A program made the translations under genes and the position numbers. This document shows positions 9,922 through 21,199 of a stretch of DNA of 64,000 nt, piece by piece (within the stretch, counting starts at the first letter, position 1; each line of letters opens with the position of its first letter). The notes under the pieces are model-generated. The model ran no database searches and had not been told where the DNA came from. It was given only the letters and a program-made list of their open reading frames with translations. The DNA comes from an uncultured Collinsella sp. (GTDB lineage Bacteria; Actinomycetota; Coriobacteriia; Coriobacteriales; Coriobacteriaceae). Where the stretch lies: positions 5,193 through 69,192 of the forward strand of contig CAUDCB010000001.1 in assembly GCA_958447915.1 (NCBI GenBank), given 5' to 3'.

Positions 9922-10902
9922 CTAGACCGTTTGGAGCTTCTCGACCTCGTCGAGGTTCTCGGTCAGACGCGCCGCAAACGTCGAAAGCGGGTGCGGATGC
10001 GTATCGAACTCGTAGGCCGTCTCGGTGGAGTGGATCACGGTACCGACGCCAGCATCGGTCAGCAGCTCCAGCAGCAGCGAGTGCGGCGTCGTGCCGTTGA
10101 TGATGTGGGCTCGGAACACGCCAGCGGTAAGCGCATCGACGGCGGCGCGCAGCTTGGGGATCATGCCCTTGTCGACCTCGCCGCCGTAGAGCATCTCATT
10201 GACCTCGTCGAGCGTCAGGTTGGAGATAAGCGAATCCTTGTCGCTAAAATCCTTGTACAGACCGTCGACATCGGTCAAGAAAATCGCCTTGTGCGCATGA
10301 AGCGCCGCCGCGACGGCGCCGGCGGCGGTGTCGGCATTGATGTTGAAGAAACCGCCGTCCTCCCCCGCCGCGACGGTAGCGATGACGGGGATGTACTCGC
10401 TATCGAGCAGGCGCTCGATATAGTCGGTGTTGACGTGCGTCACTTTGCCCACGCGGCCGAGTTCTGGGTCGAGTGGCTCGGCGATTAGGGTACCGGCGTC
10501 GCTGCCGGACACGCCCACGGCCAGGTTGCCGTGGTGGTTGAGCGCCGCGACCAGCTCCTGATTGACCTTGCCGCCCAGTACCTCGCGCACGATATCCATG
10601 GTGGCAGGCGTGGTCACGCGCTGGCCGTTCTTAAACTCGACGGGGATGTCGTAGTGGCTGAGCGCCTCGTTGATGGCCTTGCCGCCACCGTGCACGATAA
10701 CAGGGCGCATGCCGATAATCTTGAGCAGGACGATGTCGCTCATCACGTCACGACGCAGCTGCTCGTCGACCATGGCGGCACCGCCGTACTTGATAACGAC
10801 CGTCTTACCGGTCAGGTTCTTAATCCACGGCAGCGCCTCGAACAGCAGCTGCGCGGTAACTTCGTTGGATTCGCTCGAGCGACAATCGCGTGCGAACTTC
10901 AT
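9922..10902 (-). CDS. argB: Acetylglutamate kinase
   Basis: VIKYGGAAM, VHGGG, NINAD, LTDVDG, GMIPK motifs. Confidence 0.95.
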   Translation of the reverse strand: MKFARDCRSSESNEVTAQLLFEALPWIKNLTGKTVVIKYGGAAMVDEQLRRDVMSDIVLLKIIGMRPVIVHGGGKAINEALSHYDIPVEFKNGQRVTTPATMDIVREVLGGKVNQELVAALNHHGNLAVGVSGSDAGTLIAEPLDPELGRVGKVTHVNTDYIERLLDSEYIPVIATVAAGEDGGFFNINADTAAGAVAAALHAHKAIFLTDVDGLYKDFSDKDSLISNLTLDEVNEMLYGGEVDKGMIPKLRAAVDALTAGVFRAHIINGTTPHSLLLELLTDAGVGTVIHSTETAYEFDTHPHPLSTFAARLTENLDEVEKLQTV

Positions 10903-10983
10903 AGTCTGCCTCGTCTTTCGTGTAGCTATCGCGCCGTACCTCGTTGCCCGCGATTGCAGCGGGACGCGCGGCACATCGGGAGT

Positions 10984-12249
10984 CTAGGAACGGTAGTCGC
11001 CGTTAATGGAGATGTACTCGTGCGTGAGGTCGCAAGTCCACACGGTGGTCGCCGCGTCCCCCGCGCCCAGGTCTGCCGAGATCACAATCTCGGGCGCCTC
11101 AAAGCGACGCAGCGCCTCGTCCTCGTCAAAGGGAACGGTCAGGCCATCACGGCAGACGGGCATGCCCATCATATCGATGGACACATCTTCTTGGTTAAAC
11201 TGCACGCCGCACTTGCCAAGCGCCATGGCAACGCGGCCCCAGTTGCAGTCGTGGCCGGCGATGCAGGTCTTGACGAGCGGCGAGTTGGCGACAGCACGGG
11301 CGGCGATATCGGCCTCCTCGTCGTTCACGGCGCCGGTGACGTTAACCGTCACGAGCTTGGATGCGCCCTCGCCATCTGCGGCGATGTTACGCGCCAGGCT
11401 CTCGCACACCTCATGCACGGCAAAGGCCAGCTCGTCGAAGGCGTCAGAGCCCTCGACAATAGGCTCGGCATCTGCGGCAGCGCCGGAAGCAAGCATGATG
11501 CAGGTGTCGTTGGTCGAAGTATCGGAGTCGACCGTTACCTTATTAAAGGTCTGCTTGACGGTTGAGAGCAACAGGGCGTGGAGCGCCGCCGGCTCGACGG
11601 GGGCATCGGTAGTGATGACCGCGATCATGGTTGCCATGTTGGGCATGATCATGCCCGAGCCCTTGCACATACCGCCCACCGTATAGGCATTGCCTGCGTG
11701 CCCCGCGGCCTCGCTGCGGTAACACACGGCATACTCCTTGGAATGTGTGTCGGTCGTCATGATGGCGCGAGCGGCATCGGCGCCACCGTGGGCGGAGAGC
11801 GCCTCGTAGGCGGCAGGAACGGCAGTCTCAAACGTGTCGATCGGCAGAATCTGACCAATTACGCCCGTGGAGGCGACCAGAATCTGCTGGGGCTCGCAGC
11901 CGATGACCTGCGAGGCGATGTTGCAGGTCTCGCGCGCGCAGGCAAGACCGGTCTCACCCGTGGCGGCGTTGGCATTGCCAGAGTTGACCGAAACGCCGGC
12001 GATGATACCGTAGCCCTTGTCGGCACCGCCCAGATGGGCACGGCTCACCTGCACGGGCGCCGCGCAAAAGCGATTGGTGGTAAACACGCCGGCACCGGGA
12101 CAGGGTTTATCGGGCACGACGAGCGCGTAATCCAGGCGCTCGGGATTCTTGCGGAACCCAGCGTGGATGCCTGCAGCTTTAAAACCAGCCGCAGCCGTGA
12201 CGCCACCCTCGACGGCGCGAATCTTGATATCGAACTGCTCTGTATTCAT
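10984..12249 (-). CDS. argJ: Ornithine acetyltransferase / N-acetylglutamate synthase
   Basis: NSGNANAATG, IMTTDT, KGSGMIMPNMATM autoprocessing site, DSDTSTND. Confidence 0.96.
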   Translation of the reverse strand: MNTEQFDIKIRAVEGGVTAAAGFKAAGIHAGFRKNPERLDYALVVPDKPCPGAGVFTTNRFCAAPVQVSRAHLGGADKGYGIIAGVSVNSGNANAATGETGLACARETCNIASQVIGCEPQQILVASTGVIGQILPIDTFETAVPAAYEALSAHGGADAARAIMTTDTHSKEYAVCYRSEAAGHAGNAYTVGGMCKGSGMIMPNMATMIAVITTDAPVEPAALHALLLSTVKQTFNKVTVDSDTSTNDTCIMLASGAAADAEPIVEGSDAFDELAFAVHEVCESLARNIAADGEGASKLVTVNVTGAVNDEEADIAARAVANSPLVKTCIAGHDCNWGRVAMALGKCGVQFNQEDVSIDMMGMPVCRDGLTVPFDEDEALRRFEAPEIVISADLGAGDAATTVWTCDLTHEYISINGDYRS

Positions 12250-12383
12250 CGTCCTTACGACTCCTTATATCAAACAAAAAACGGGCATCGGATGGCACGC
12301 CACACCAGCCGCAATCACTAGACCAGCTTAAAAGTGGCGCCCCACTCGATGCCCGACTGCCAAATCGTCAACAATCGAATGTG

Positions 12384-13454
12384 CTACACCGGGCACGCCA
12401 CTGTGGGCAAGCCTCGTCGCTCGTCAAAACCAAAGACGATGTTGGCGCACTGGACCGCCTGACCGGCAGCACCCTTGCACAGATTGTCGATCGCTCCCGT
12501 CGCCACCAGCACGCCCGCGCGCTTGTTGAGTACAAGGCCGATCTGGGCAGCATTGGTGCCGACGACCGAGGCCGTCTTGGGCTGCTCGCCGGCATCGAGC
12601 ACGCGCACAAAGGTGCGACCGGCGTAGAGCTGCTTGTAATGGTCGACGACATCCTCAAGAGCCAGCGTGTCGAGAGCCTGCGGCGCGAGCGGCAGCGTCA
12701 CCGTAGAGAGCAGACCGCGCTTGAGCGGTGCCAGGTGCGGGGTAAAGACGACGCGATCGGTTAGACCCAAGATCTGCTCGATTTCGGGCGTGTGACGATG
12801 CTTGCCCACGCCATAGGCCTCCAGGTTTTCGTCCGCGCTGCAAAAATGCGTACGGGCGTTGCAGGACTTACCGGCACCCGTTACACCGCTGATAGCGTCA
12901 ACGATCACGGGGCCGCTCTGGGCAACCCAGCCGGCGCGCACGGCAGGCGCGGCGGCAAGGCTCGTTGCGGTGGGATAGCAACCGGCGCAGGCGACCAGTA
13001 CGGGCTTGCCGTCGACGTGGTCGGATGCAGCGGTCTCCAAATCCTGGCAGAATAGCTCGGGCAGACCAAAGGCGCGGCTCTTGAGTAGCTCGGGGCTCGT
13101 GTGCTCGGCGGCATACCAGGCCTCAAAGGTGGCCGGATCGCTCAGGCGATAGTCGGCCGAAAGGTCAATGCAGGAAACTCCCGCGGCAAGCAGGGCGGGC
13201 ACCTGTGCCATGGCAGCCGTGTGCGGCACGGCCAAAAAGACCGCGTCGCAGTTCTTGAGCTCGGGGGCATCATGCGTCGTAAAGGCAAGATCGCTTACGC
13301 CGGTGAAGCTCGGGTACACCGCAGACAGCGGCTGGCCGGCATCGGCGTTGGACGTAATGGCAACAAGTTCAAACTCGGGATGACCGAGGACGAGGTGAAT
13401 GAGCTCGGCGCCGGCATATCCAGCCGCACCGACGATTCCAACCTTTACAGACAT
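12384..13454 (-). CDS. argC: N-acetyl-gamma-glutamyl-phosphate reductase
   Basis: GAAGYAGAEL, DLSADYRL, GCYPT, SGVTGAG, HRHTPEI, DNLCKGAAGQAVQ. Confidence 0.96.
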   Translation of the reverse strand: MSVKVGIVGAAGYAGAELIHLVLGHPEFELVAITSNADAGQPLSAVYPSFTGVSDLAFTTHDAPELKNCDAVFLAVPHTAAMAQVPALLAAGVSCIDLSADYRLSDPATFEAWYAAEHTSPELLKSRAFGLPELFCQDLETAASDHVDGKPVLVACAGCYPTATSLAAAPAVRAGWVAQSGPVIVDAISGVTGAGKSCNARTHFCSADENLEAYGVGKHRHTPEIEQILGLTDRVVFTPHLAPLKRGLLSTVTLPLAPQALDTLALEDVVDHYKQLYAGRTFVRVLDAGEQPKTASVVGTNAAQIGLVLNKRAGVLVATGAIDNLCKGAAGQAVQCANIVFGFDERRGLPTVACPV

Positions 13455-13539
13455 ATCAGACTCCTTGTCTGCAGTTATGCACCAATACGCATCCTGCAGC
13501 CGTCGTTATGAAGTGGGTTGAAACTTTAGCACCAGAAGA

Positions 13540-13574
13540 TGCATTTATACGCAAATCTTTTGCATATTCATGCA
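13540..13574. promoter_or_regulatory. Tandem ARG boxes (ArgR operator) upstream of argC
   Basis: TGCATTTATACGCA (13540) and TGCATATTCATGCA (13561), starts 21 bp apart as in canonical tandem ArgR sites. Confidence 0.85.
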
Positions 13575-13611
13575 TTGAAACAGTCCCGACACATTCACTC
13601 AAAGGAATTGA

Positions 13612-13675
13612 CAAATAAACACGGGCCCCATATTGCCGAGTGCACCTTACGGTGACGTTGCAATGTGGGGCCCGC
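13612..13675 (-). terminator. Intrinsic terminator after the ribU-ecf-flavoprotein operon
   Basis: cgggccccatattgc...gcaatgtggggcccg stem followed by a T-rich tract on the minus strand. Confidence 0.65.
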
Positions 13676-13719
13676 TACATGCGAGAATTTGAATTGCCGA
13701 AGCTTGCTGAGAGACTCGT

Positions 13720-14130
13720 TTAGAACTCGACCGGCACCCATTCGTCATGGTTGCAGATAAAGGCCTCGGGTTCCTCCACGCTAAAGAAGACGAGCGTGGG
13801 ATCGTCTGCGCCCTCGTAGTGCTCGCTCAAGCGCTCAAGATGCTTCCATCCGGCCTCGCGCATTTCGTCCGAAGCCCGGTCATCCAGGCCCGCACGCCCG
13901 CGCAAGATCAACCAACCATGGCCCGGCCACCAGCTCGTGGCCTCAAAGCGCTGATTTTGCAGCAGCTCTTGCCACACATCTTTGGTGCGCGCCGTTACAA
14001 ACCACAGTTTGCCGTCCTGAATCTGTGCAAACGAGAACGGACGCACATGTGGCTGTCCGTCAACGCTCGTCGCCAAATACCATGCCGGCACCGACGTCAG
14101 ATACTCCAACACTGTATTCAATCCGTCCAT
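13720..14130 (-). CDS. Pyridoxamine-5'-phosphate oxidase-like FMN-binding protein
   Basis: YLATSVDGQPHVRPF and LWFVTARTKDVWQEL motifs; AGGAGG RBS before the ATG at 14130. Confidence 0.85.
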   Translation of the reverse strand: MDGLNTVLEYLTSVPAWYLATSVDGQPHVRPFSFAQIQDGKLWFVTARTKDVWQELLQNQRFEATSWWPGHGWLILRGRAGLDDRASDEMREAGWKHLERLSEHYEGADDPTLVFFSVEEPEAFICNHDEWVPVEF

Positions 14131-14184
14131 GTGTCCTCCTGGCACTAGTCTTTTTGGGTCGGGGCTGCTTTAGCTGCCCTAGGG

Positions 14185-14631
14185 TTAAAGCTCCAGGCGC
14201 TCCTCGCTGCCGTCGATATCGCAGAAGCGGGTGACGATATTGCGGACCGAGAAAAACGCAAGGCGGCCGTCGTTGGCACTCTCGTGTTCTTCGCCGATGC
14301 CCACCATGTGCTTAAAACCCGCTTGACGCACCTTGTCGCTCGCAACCGCGTCGTCCTCGAGCGCGGCCTCGCCGGTCAGCACAATCCAACACTCCCCCGG
14401 TTTCCAACCCGAAACCTCAAACTTGGGGTTCGCGCTGAGCTCGGCCCACACGTCCTTATCGCGCGAGGTGCAAAACCACAGCTTGCCATCATCGACCATG
14501 GCAAACGAGAACGGCCTCACGCGCGGCTGATGTCCGTCCGTCACGTCGATTGTGGCGAGATACCACGCCGGAATACGCCTAAGATACGAACAGGCGCGCT
14601 CGAGCTGCGCCGTGCGGTCGTTGTCGGTCAT
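14185..14631 (-). CDS. Pyridoxamine-5'-phosphate oxidase-like FMN-binding protein (tandem paralog)
   Basis: YLAT...QPRVRPF and LWFCTSRDKDVWAELSANPKFE; visibly similar to the downstream gene. Confidence 0.85.
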   Translation of the reverse strand: MTDNDRTAQLERACSYLRRIPAWYLATIDVTDGHQPRVRPFSFAMVDDGKLWFCTSRDKDVWAELSANPKFEVSGWKPGECWIVLTGEAALEDDAVASDKVRQAGFKHMVGIGEEHESANDGRLAFFSVRNIVTRFCDIDGSEERLEL

Positions 14632-14661
14632 AGGGACCCCTTTCCTGCGCTCGAATCGCGC

Positions 14662-15462
14662 CTAAACAAGTTGAAGATTGATGACGATGACGCAGATGAG
14701 CAGCAACGCCGTCACCACCGCCGCCAACGCATCGCCACGGCCAAATGCAAGCGCATGCAGACGCGTGCGGCCCTGCTCGCCATGATAGCAACGGGCATCC
14801 ATGGCGGCAGACAACGTCTCGGCATGACGGAACACACCCGTGAACAGCGGAATCGCCACACTGCCAAGCATACGAACGCCGCCGAGCGGGCCTCCCGTCA
14901 CGCGCGCACCGCGGCTCGCCTGCGCATCGGCCGTCTGCTTCATCTCGGTGGCAAACTGCGGCATAAAGCGCAGCGCGATACCCATAATCATACCGAGCTC
15001 GTGCGCAGGAAGTCCCACACGCGCAAACGGCGCGAGCAGGCGCTCAAAGCCCGCGGTGAGGTCGAGCGTCGGTGTGGTGAGCGTAATGGCGCTCATGCCG
15101 GCCATCATCAAGGTCAGGCGGCACGCCATAAAGGCGGCGGAATGCAGCGAGCCCTCGCTTATCTGCAAAAAGCCGAGCTGCCACAGAATGCGCCCGCTCT
15201 GGTCGGAAAACAGGTTGAGCACTGCGACCACCGCGACGATTGCCAGCAGCGGCGCCATCGATGACAGGACGCGACGAACCGGCACCCGTGACACGGTATA
15301 GATCAGGACAACGAAGATTGCGACCGGGATCAGTCCGCGGAAGCTGCCGACCGTGAGCGTCGTGATCAGGAACACAAAGCCCAAGAGCAACTTAGTTCGC
15401 GGGTCCAGGCGGTGAATTGCACTATCGCCGGGATAGTAGCTGCCAAACGAAAACGCCTCCAT
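14662..15462 (-). CDS. ecfT: ECF transporter transmembrane T component
   Basis: YYPGDSAIHRLDPRTKL, ALRFMP, AQASRG and AMDARCY motifs. Confidence 0.93.
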   Translation of the reverse strand: MEAFSFGSYYPGDSAIHRLDPRTKLLLGFVFLITTLTVGSFRGLIPVAIFVVLIYTVSRVPVRRVLSSMAPLLAIVAVVAVLNLFSDQSGRILWQLGFLQISEGSLHSAAFMACRLTLMMAGMSAITLTTPTLDLTAGFERLLAPFARVGLPAHELGMIMGIALRFMPQFATEMKQTADAQASRGARVTGGPLGGVRMLGSVAIPLFTGVFRHAETLSAAMDARCYHGEQGRTRLHALAFGRGDALAAVVTALLLICVIVINLQLV

Positions 15463-17366
15463 TAGCAGCCCTCCTCTCGCGCGATCGCTTCGGATTTGGC
15501 CTTGTCCGAGACGTTAGAAGAACCGTCTGAGCGACCGATCAGCAAATCTGCCAACTCGTCGGCCAACGGCTCAACCGTATAGAGCCCGCCGCGACGCAGC
15601 GGCACGCCCGCTTCCGCGAGCGCCAACGCCATGCGTTGAGCAGCGGGAACACCCAAGCCGATTGATTTAAGCTCATCCGCATGCGCAAACACCTGCGCAG
15701 GGGTTCCCTCGGCAAACACCGCGCCCTCGTTCATCACGACGATACGGTCGCAGCAATTGGCCAGGTCATCCATGCTGTGCGAAACCATGACAACGGTCAG
15801 GCCCTCGCGATGGAGTCGACCGATGAGCCCTAGGAAATCCCTGCGCGCCGCCGGATCGAGCCCCGCCATGGGCTCATCGAGCACCAGGACTTCGGGCTCC
15901 ATGGCGAGCACGCCGGCGAATGCCACACGCCGTTGCTGACCGCCCGAAAGCTCAAAGGGACTCTTGTCGCCGACCGTGGAAAGATCGAGGCCCACGCGCA
16001 AGAGTGATGACTCGACACGACGGTCGACTTCATCTTGCGGCAAGCCAAGGTTATGCGGACCAAACGCCACGTCCTGTGCCACGGTCTCGGCAAACAGCTG
16101 ACGCTCAGGATATTGAAACACCACGCCGACCTTGGCCTTAACCGCGGCGGCGTCTTTCTTGTTTGACAGATCGAGCCCCAGCGCGCGAACGGATCCCTCC
16201 TGGGGGCGAATCAGACCGTTGAGATGCTGGACCAGCGTCGACTTACCCGAGCCGGTATGACCTGCTAGCCCCAGGAACTCGCCGCGACGCACCGTCAGCG
16301 ATACATCGCGCAGCGTCCACGGGCTGCTGGGGTCGTTTCCCCAGAGAGCCTGTTTATTCGATTTGCCCGCAGTGGCCGAGCGCTTGCGCCATCGACGGCG
16401 CTCGCGGGCACTCAGCGAGTAACTATGCGAGAGGTGCGAAATCTCGATGACGGGCTCCGACACGGCTGTCCCGTCGGTTGCAGAGGAGGCGTTGTCGAGC
16501 ACACGAGAATCGGGTGCAGAAGGCCGCTCTGCGGCGTCTTCCCCACTCCGGTCGGCATATGCCTGCGCAATCTCGGCGACCATATCCACCTCGCGCACCT
16601 GCGCATGAACGGGCACGCCCTTCGCACGAAGCGCCGTGCCCAAGCAGCACGACGCCGGCATATCCAAGTTGAGCTGCGCAAGTTCGTCCGCCCGCGTCAA
16701 GATTTCCTCGGGCGTACCGAACATGGCAACACGGCCCGCCTGGAAGACAGCAACGCGATCGGCCTCGGCTGCCTCTTCCATAAAGTGCGTAATCATCACG
16801 ATGGTCATGCCGCGTTCGTGCAGCGCGTGACAGGCCTTCATAAGGCCCTTGCGCCCGCGCGGATCGAGCATCGAGGACGCCTCGTCCAAAATGAGCACGC
16901 GCGGTTCCATGGCGAGCACGCCGGCAAGCGCTACGCGTTGCTTTTGGCCACCCGAGAGCGCATGGGTCTCGTGGCGCTCGAAGCCCACCAAACCCACGCC
17001 CTTCAGTGCCTCGCGTACGCGCTGCGCGATCTGGGCCGATTCCACCCCAAGGTTTTCGGGACCAAAGGCAACATCGTCCTCGACAAGCGTCGCCACCAGC
17101 TGATCATCCGGGTTCTGGAATACCATGCCCGCGGTCGAGCGAATGTCGTAGACCAGCTCGGGATCGGACGCGACCATGCCGTTGACGCGCACCGTTCCCG
17201 TATCGGGCTGCAGCAGCGCGTTCAAATGCTTGGCGAACGTCGACTTGCCCGACCCGTTTCCGCCGAGGATGCAGAAAAACTCGCCATCCTCGATGTTCAG
17301 ATCGATGCCGTCGAGTGCCGGTGTGGCACCGTCATAGCTATAGGAAACGCCCCGACACTCAATCAT
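15462..17366 (-). CDS. ECF transporter fused double ATPase (A-A')
   Basis: Two Walker A motifs (GGNGSGKS, GHTGSGKS), FQNPD and FQYPE Q-loops, two LSGGQ signatures. Confidence 0.93.
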   Translation of the reverse strand: MIECRGVSYSYDGATPALDGIDLNIEDGEFFCILGGNGSGKSTFAKHLNALLQPDTGTVRVNGMVASDPELVYDIRSTAGMVFQNPDDQLVATLVEDDVAFGPENLGVESAQIAQRVREALKGVGLVGFERHETHALSGGQKQRVALAGVLAMEPRVLILDEASSMLDPRGRKGLMKACHALHERGMTIVMITHFMEEAAEADRVAVFQAGRVAMFGTPEEILTRADELAQLNLDMPASCCLGTALRAKGVPVHAQVREVDMVAEIAQAYADRSGEDAAERPSAPDSRVLDNASSATDGTAVSEPVIEISHLSHSYSLSARERRRWRKRSATAGKSNKQALWGNDPSSPWTLRDVSLTVRRGEFLGLAGHTGSGKSTLVQHLNGLIRPQEGSVRALGLDLSNKKDAAAVKAKVGVVFQYPERQLFAETVAQDVAFGPHNLGLPQDEVDRRVESSLLRVGLDLSTVGDKSPFELSGGQQRRVAFAGVLAMEPEVLVLDEPMAGLDPAARRDFLGLIGRLHREGLTVVMVSHSMDDLANCCDRIVVMNEGAVFAEGTPAQVFAHADELKSIGLGVPAAQRMALALAEAGVPLRRGGLYTVEPLADELADLLIGRSDGSSNVSDKAKSEAIAREEGC

Positions 17367-17953
17367 GCGCGGCCTTTGACCTGGTCCTTTTTAGGTGTGA
17401 TGAGGTTAGAGACCGCCTTGTACACCGCAAGTGTCAGCACCGAGTTAAGCACGGTCTTGATGAGGTTGAACGGCAGCACAGCAGGAATCATGAGCGGGGC
17501 GATCACATCGACCGAGCCATACCAGAACCAAACGCCGATGGTCAGATTCGCAACCATGGACAGCGCCGTGGCGGCAATAACGCCCAGCACCAGGCCAATC
17601 ACGGCACCCTTATAGGTATGCATCTTTTGGTAGACGATAGCCGCAGGCAGAATATAGCCCAGCGTGGCAACCAAGTTCATAAGCGCACCGACCCAATCGC
17701 CCATGGTAAGCGCATGGATAACGATCGCCATGGCGGCAACGGCAGTACCGGCACCAGGACCGTACGCAAACCCGCACACCATCGCCGGCACCAGCGACGG
17801 GTCATAGGTCAAAAACGGCGCCGAAGGAAGGATGGGCAGCTGCACATACATAAACAGGGCGCCCAAGGCGCACATGAGCGCCATGGTAACGAGCTGTTTG
17901 GTGCTCCACCTATTCGTGTTCTCAAAATGGATATGCTGCGACTGTTCAGACAT
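17363..17953 (-). CDS. ribU: ECF S component, riboflavin transporter RibU-like
   Basis: FLTYDPSLVP motif, 6-TM-like hydrophobic pattern, PFNLIK; directly downstream of an FMN riboswitch. Confidence 0.85.
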   Translation of the reverse strand: MSEQSQHIHFENTNRWSTKQLVTMALMCALGALFMYVQLPILPSAPFLTYDPSLVPAMVCGFAYGPGAGTAVAAMAIVIHALTMGDWVGALMNLVATLGYILPAAIVYQKMHTYKGAVIGLVLGVIAATALSMVANLTIGVWFWYGSVDVIAPLMIPAVLPFNLIKTVLNSVLTLAVYKAVSNLITPKKDQVKGRA

Positions 17954-17961
17954 AAGATCAC

Positions 17962-18150
17962 CTGCCTCTTTCATCCGGACTCTAACCGTTGGTACTGGGA
18001 TCTCACCAGTTCAGCCGGCATGCGAACCAACGCACACACGGGTCGCGGACTCATCGGCTCGGTCGCAGGCACTTTACCTGCGCCACGGCGCCCCTTTGAC
18101 ACCGCCCGATTTACCGCCAGTGGGGAATTCCACCCCGCCCTGAAACAGCA
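17962..18150 (-). ncRNA. FMN riboswitch (RFN element)
   Basis: Minus strand reads TCAGGGCGGGGTGGAATTCCCCACTGGCGGT...AGTCCGCGACCC...GAACTGGTGAGATCCCAGTACCAACGGTTAGAGTCCGGATGAAAGAG. Confidence 0.95.
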
Positions 18151-18156
18151 AGGAAA

Positions 18157-18184
18157 AGTGTAGCACGAGGGAAGACAGGTGCAA
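18157..18184 (-). promoter_or_regulatory. Sigma-70-type promoter of the FMN riboswitch/ribU operon
   Basis: TTGCAC-16 nt-TACACT with extended TG, just upstream of the aptamer. Confidence 0.6.
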
Positions 18185-18349
18185 GTATGCCGAGGATAAT
18201 TTATGACGGGGATCAGTTACCGCAACAACCACGTTCCCCACCCATCCCAAAGTAACGCGCCTTTCGCGCAAAGCGCGAAACAGCGACCGGGACACGTACC
18301 CCTATCAACCACGTCCTCCGCCCACGCCGACCTCAAGGCCGTAAACGCA

Positions 18350-18494
18350 GGGGATCCGGGGGCGTGACGGGGGTTTCTCTCCGGAACATTCCGCAGGACG
18401 CAAAGAGGCTCCGCAGCGCGAAGCGCGATGCGGAGCCTCTTTGCATGTCCGAGGACGTTCCGGAGAGAAACCCCCGTCACGCCCCCGGATCCCC
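18350..18494. repeat. 145-bp near-perfect palindrome downstream of groEL
   Basis: ggggatccgggggcgtgacgggggtttctctccggaac...gttccggagagaaacccccgtcacgcccccggatcccc with apical gcgcgaagcgc. Confidence 0.9.
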
Positions 18495-18520
18495 GGTGGG
18501 AGTTCTAGACCTTGTCGGCC

Positions 18521-20236
<1,716 letters not shown>

Positions 20237-20254
20237 TCAGAGATTCTGACGAGA

Positions 20255-20548
20255 CTAGGCCTCGACAACAGCGTAGATGTCGTCGGCGCGCATCAGCAGA
20301 TACTTCTCGCCGTCGACCTTGACCTCGTTGCCACCGAACTTACCGTAGATGACAACGTCGCCAACCTTGACGTCCATGGGGATGCGATCGCCCTTGTCGT
20401 TGACCTTACCGGCGCCAACGGCAACGATGGTGCCGCGCTGCGGCTTCTCCTGAGCGTTGCTGGCGATATACAGACCAGAAGCGGTCTTCTGCTCGGCCTC
20501 GTCGGGCTTGACCAGGACGCGATCTGCAAGCGGCTTCAAAGACGACAT
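20255..20548 (-). CDS. groES: Co-chaperonin GroES
   Basis: LKPLADRVLV, TASGLYI, VAVGAG, VKVGDVV; AGGAGG RBS before ATG 20548. Confidence 0.97.
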   Translation of the reverse strand: MSSLKPLADRVLVKPDEAEQKTASGLYIASNAQEKPQRGTIVAVGAGKVNDKGDRIPMDVKVGDVVIYGKFGGNEVKVDGEKYLLMRADDIYAVVEA

Positions 20549-20672
20549 GCTTGTTTCCTCCTTTGTGGGCCGCGCGGTCATGCCGCGCGGGTTAACCCTT
20601 TTCTTTGCGTACGCGTTGAATGGTACCCACGAATGGCGGGTTATACAACACGGAGTCAAAAAATCTTATTTT

Positions 20673-20699
20673 TTGGCACTTAGATTTTCTGAATGCCGG
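20673..20699. promoter_or_regulatory. Degenerate CIRCE element (HrcA operator) upstream of groES
   Basis: TTGGCACTT-N9-GAATGCCGG versus consensus TTAGCACTC-N9-GAGTGCTAA. Confidence 0.65.
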
Positions 20700-20830
20700 G
20701 GGATAACTTATGCTCGGCCCCAAGGCGGACCGGAAAGCATGAAGTTTTAGCGCGGCAACTTTGTGAATCAGCTTCTCAAGACTACAATCCTCCAGATGAA
20801 ATATGCCCAGATGAGAGGAAGGGAGGGCAG

Positions 20831-21199
20831 ATGACTGATGAGCTGAGCACCTCGGCGTGGCGAGATATAGCACCGAATCGCGATGCACACGACTCCATGC
20901 CGCCCGTTCGTACTCGCCTGCTCGCCCTGGCTCTCGTCTTCGCCCTTCTCGCGGTAACCATCCTCTCCCCCATCGCAGCCGCCCATGAGTTGCATCATGA
21001 CTGCACCGGCGCGGGCTGCACCATCTGCGCCGAGCTCGCCGGTAATCTGTCGATCGCCCGTGGCGGTGACACCGTCCCCGTGGGCGCGACATCGTTCATC
21101 ATCCTCTTGCTGATCTCCGCCCTAGCCGTCATCGGCACCGAGCGATCTTCATATGCCCCGGTCACCCTATTATCCCTCAGGGTCCGTCTGGACGATTAG
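20831..21199 (+). CDS. Small two-TM protein with HxxHHDCxGxxCxIC metal-binding-like motif
   Basis: GGGAGG RBS; hydrophobic helix, then HELHHDCTGAGCTICA, second helix and C-terminal LLSLRVRLDD. Confidence 0.7.
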   Translation: MTDELSTSAWRDIAPNRDAHDSMPPVRTRLLALALVFALLAVTILSPIAAAHELHHDCTGAGCTICAELAGNLSIARGGDTVPVGATSFIILLLISALAVIGTERSSYAPVTLLSLRVRLDD

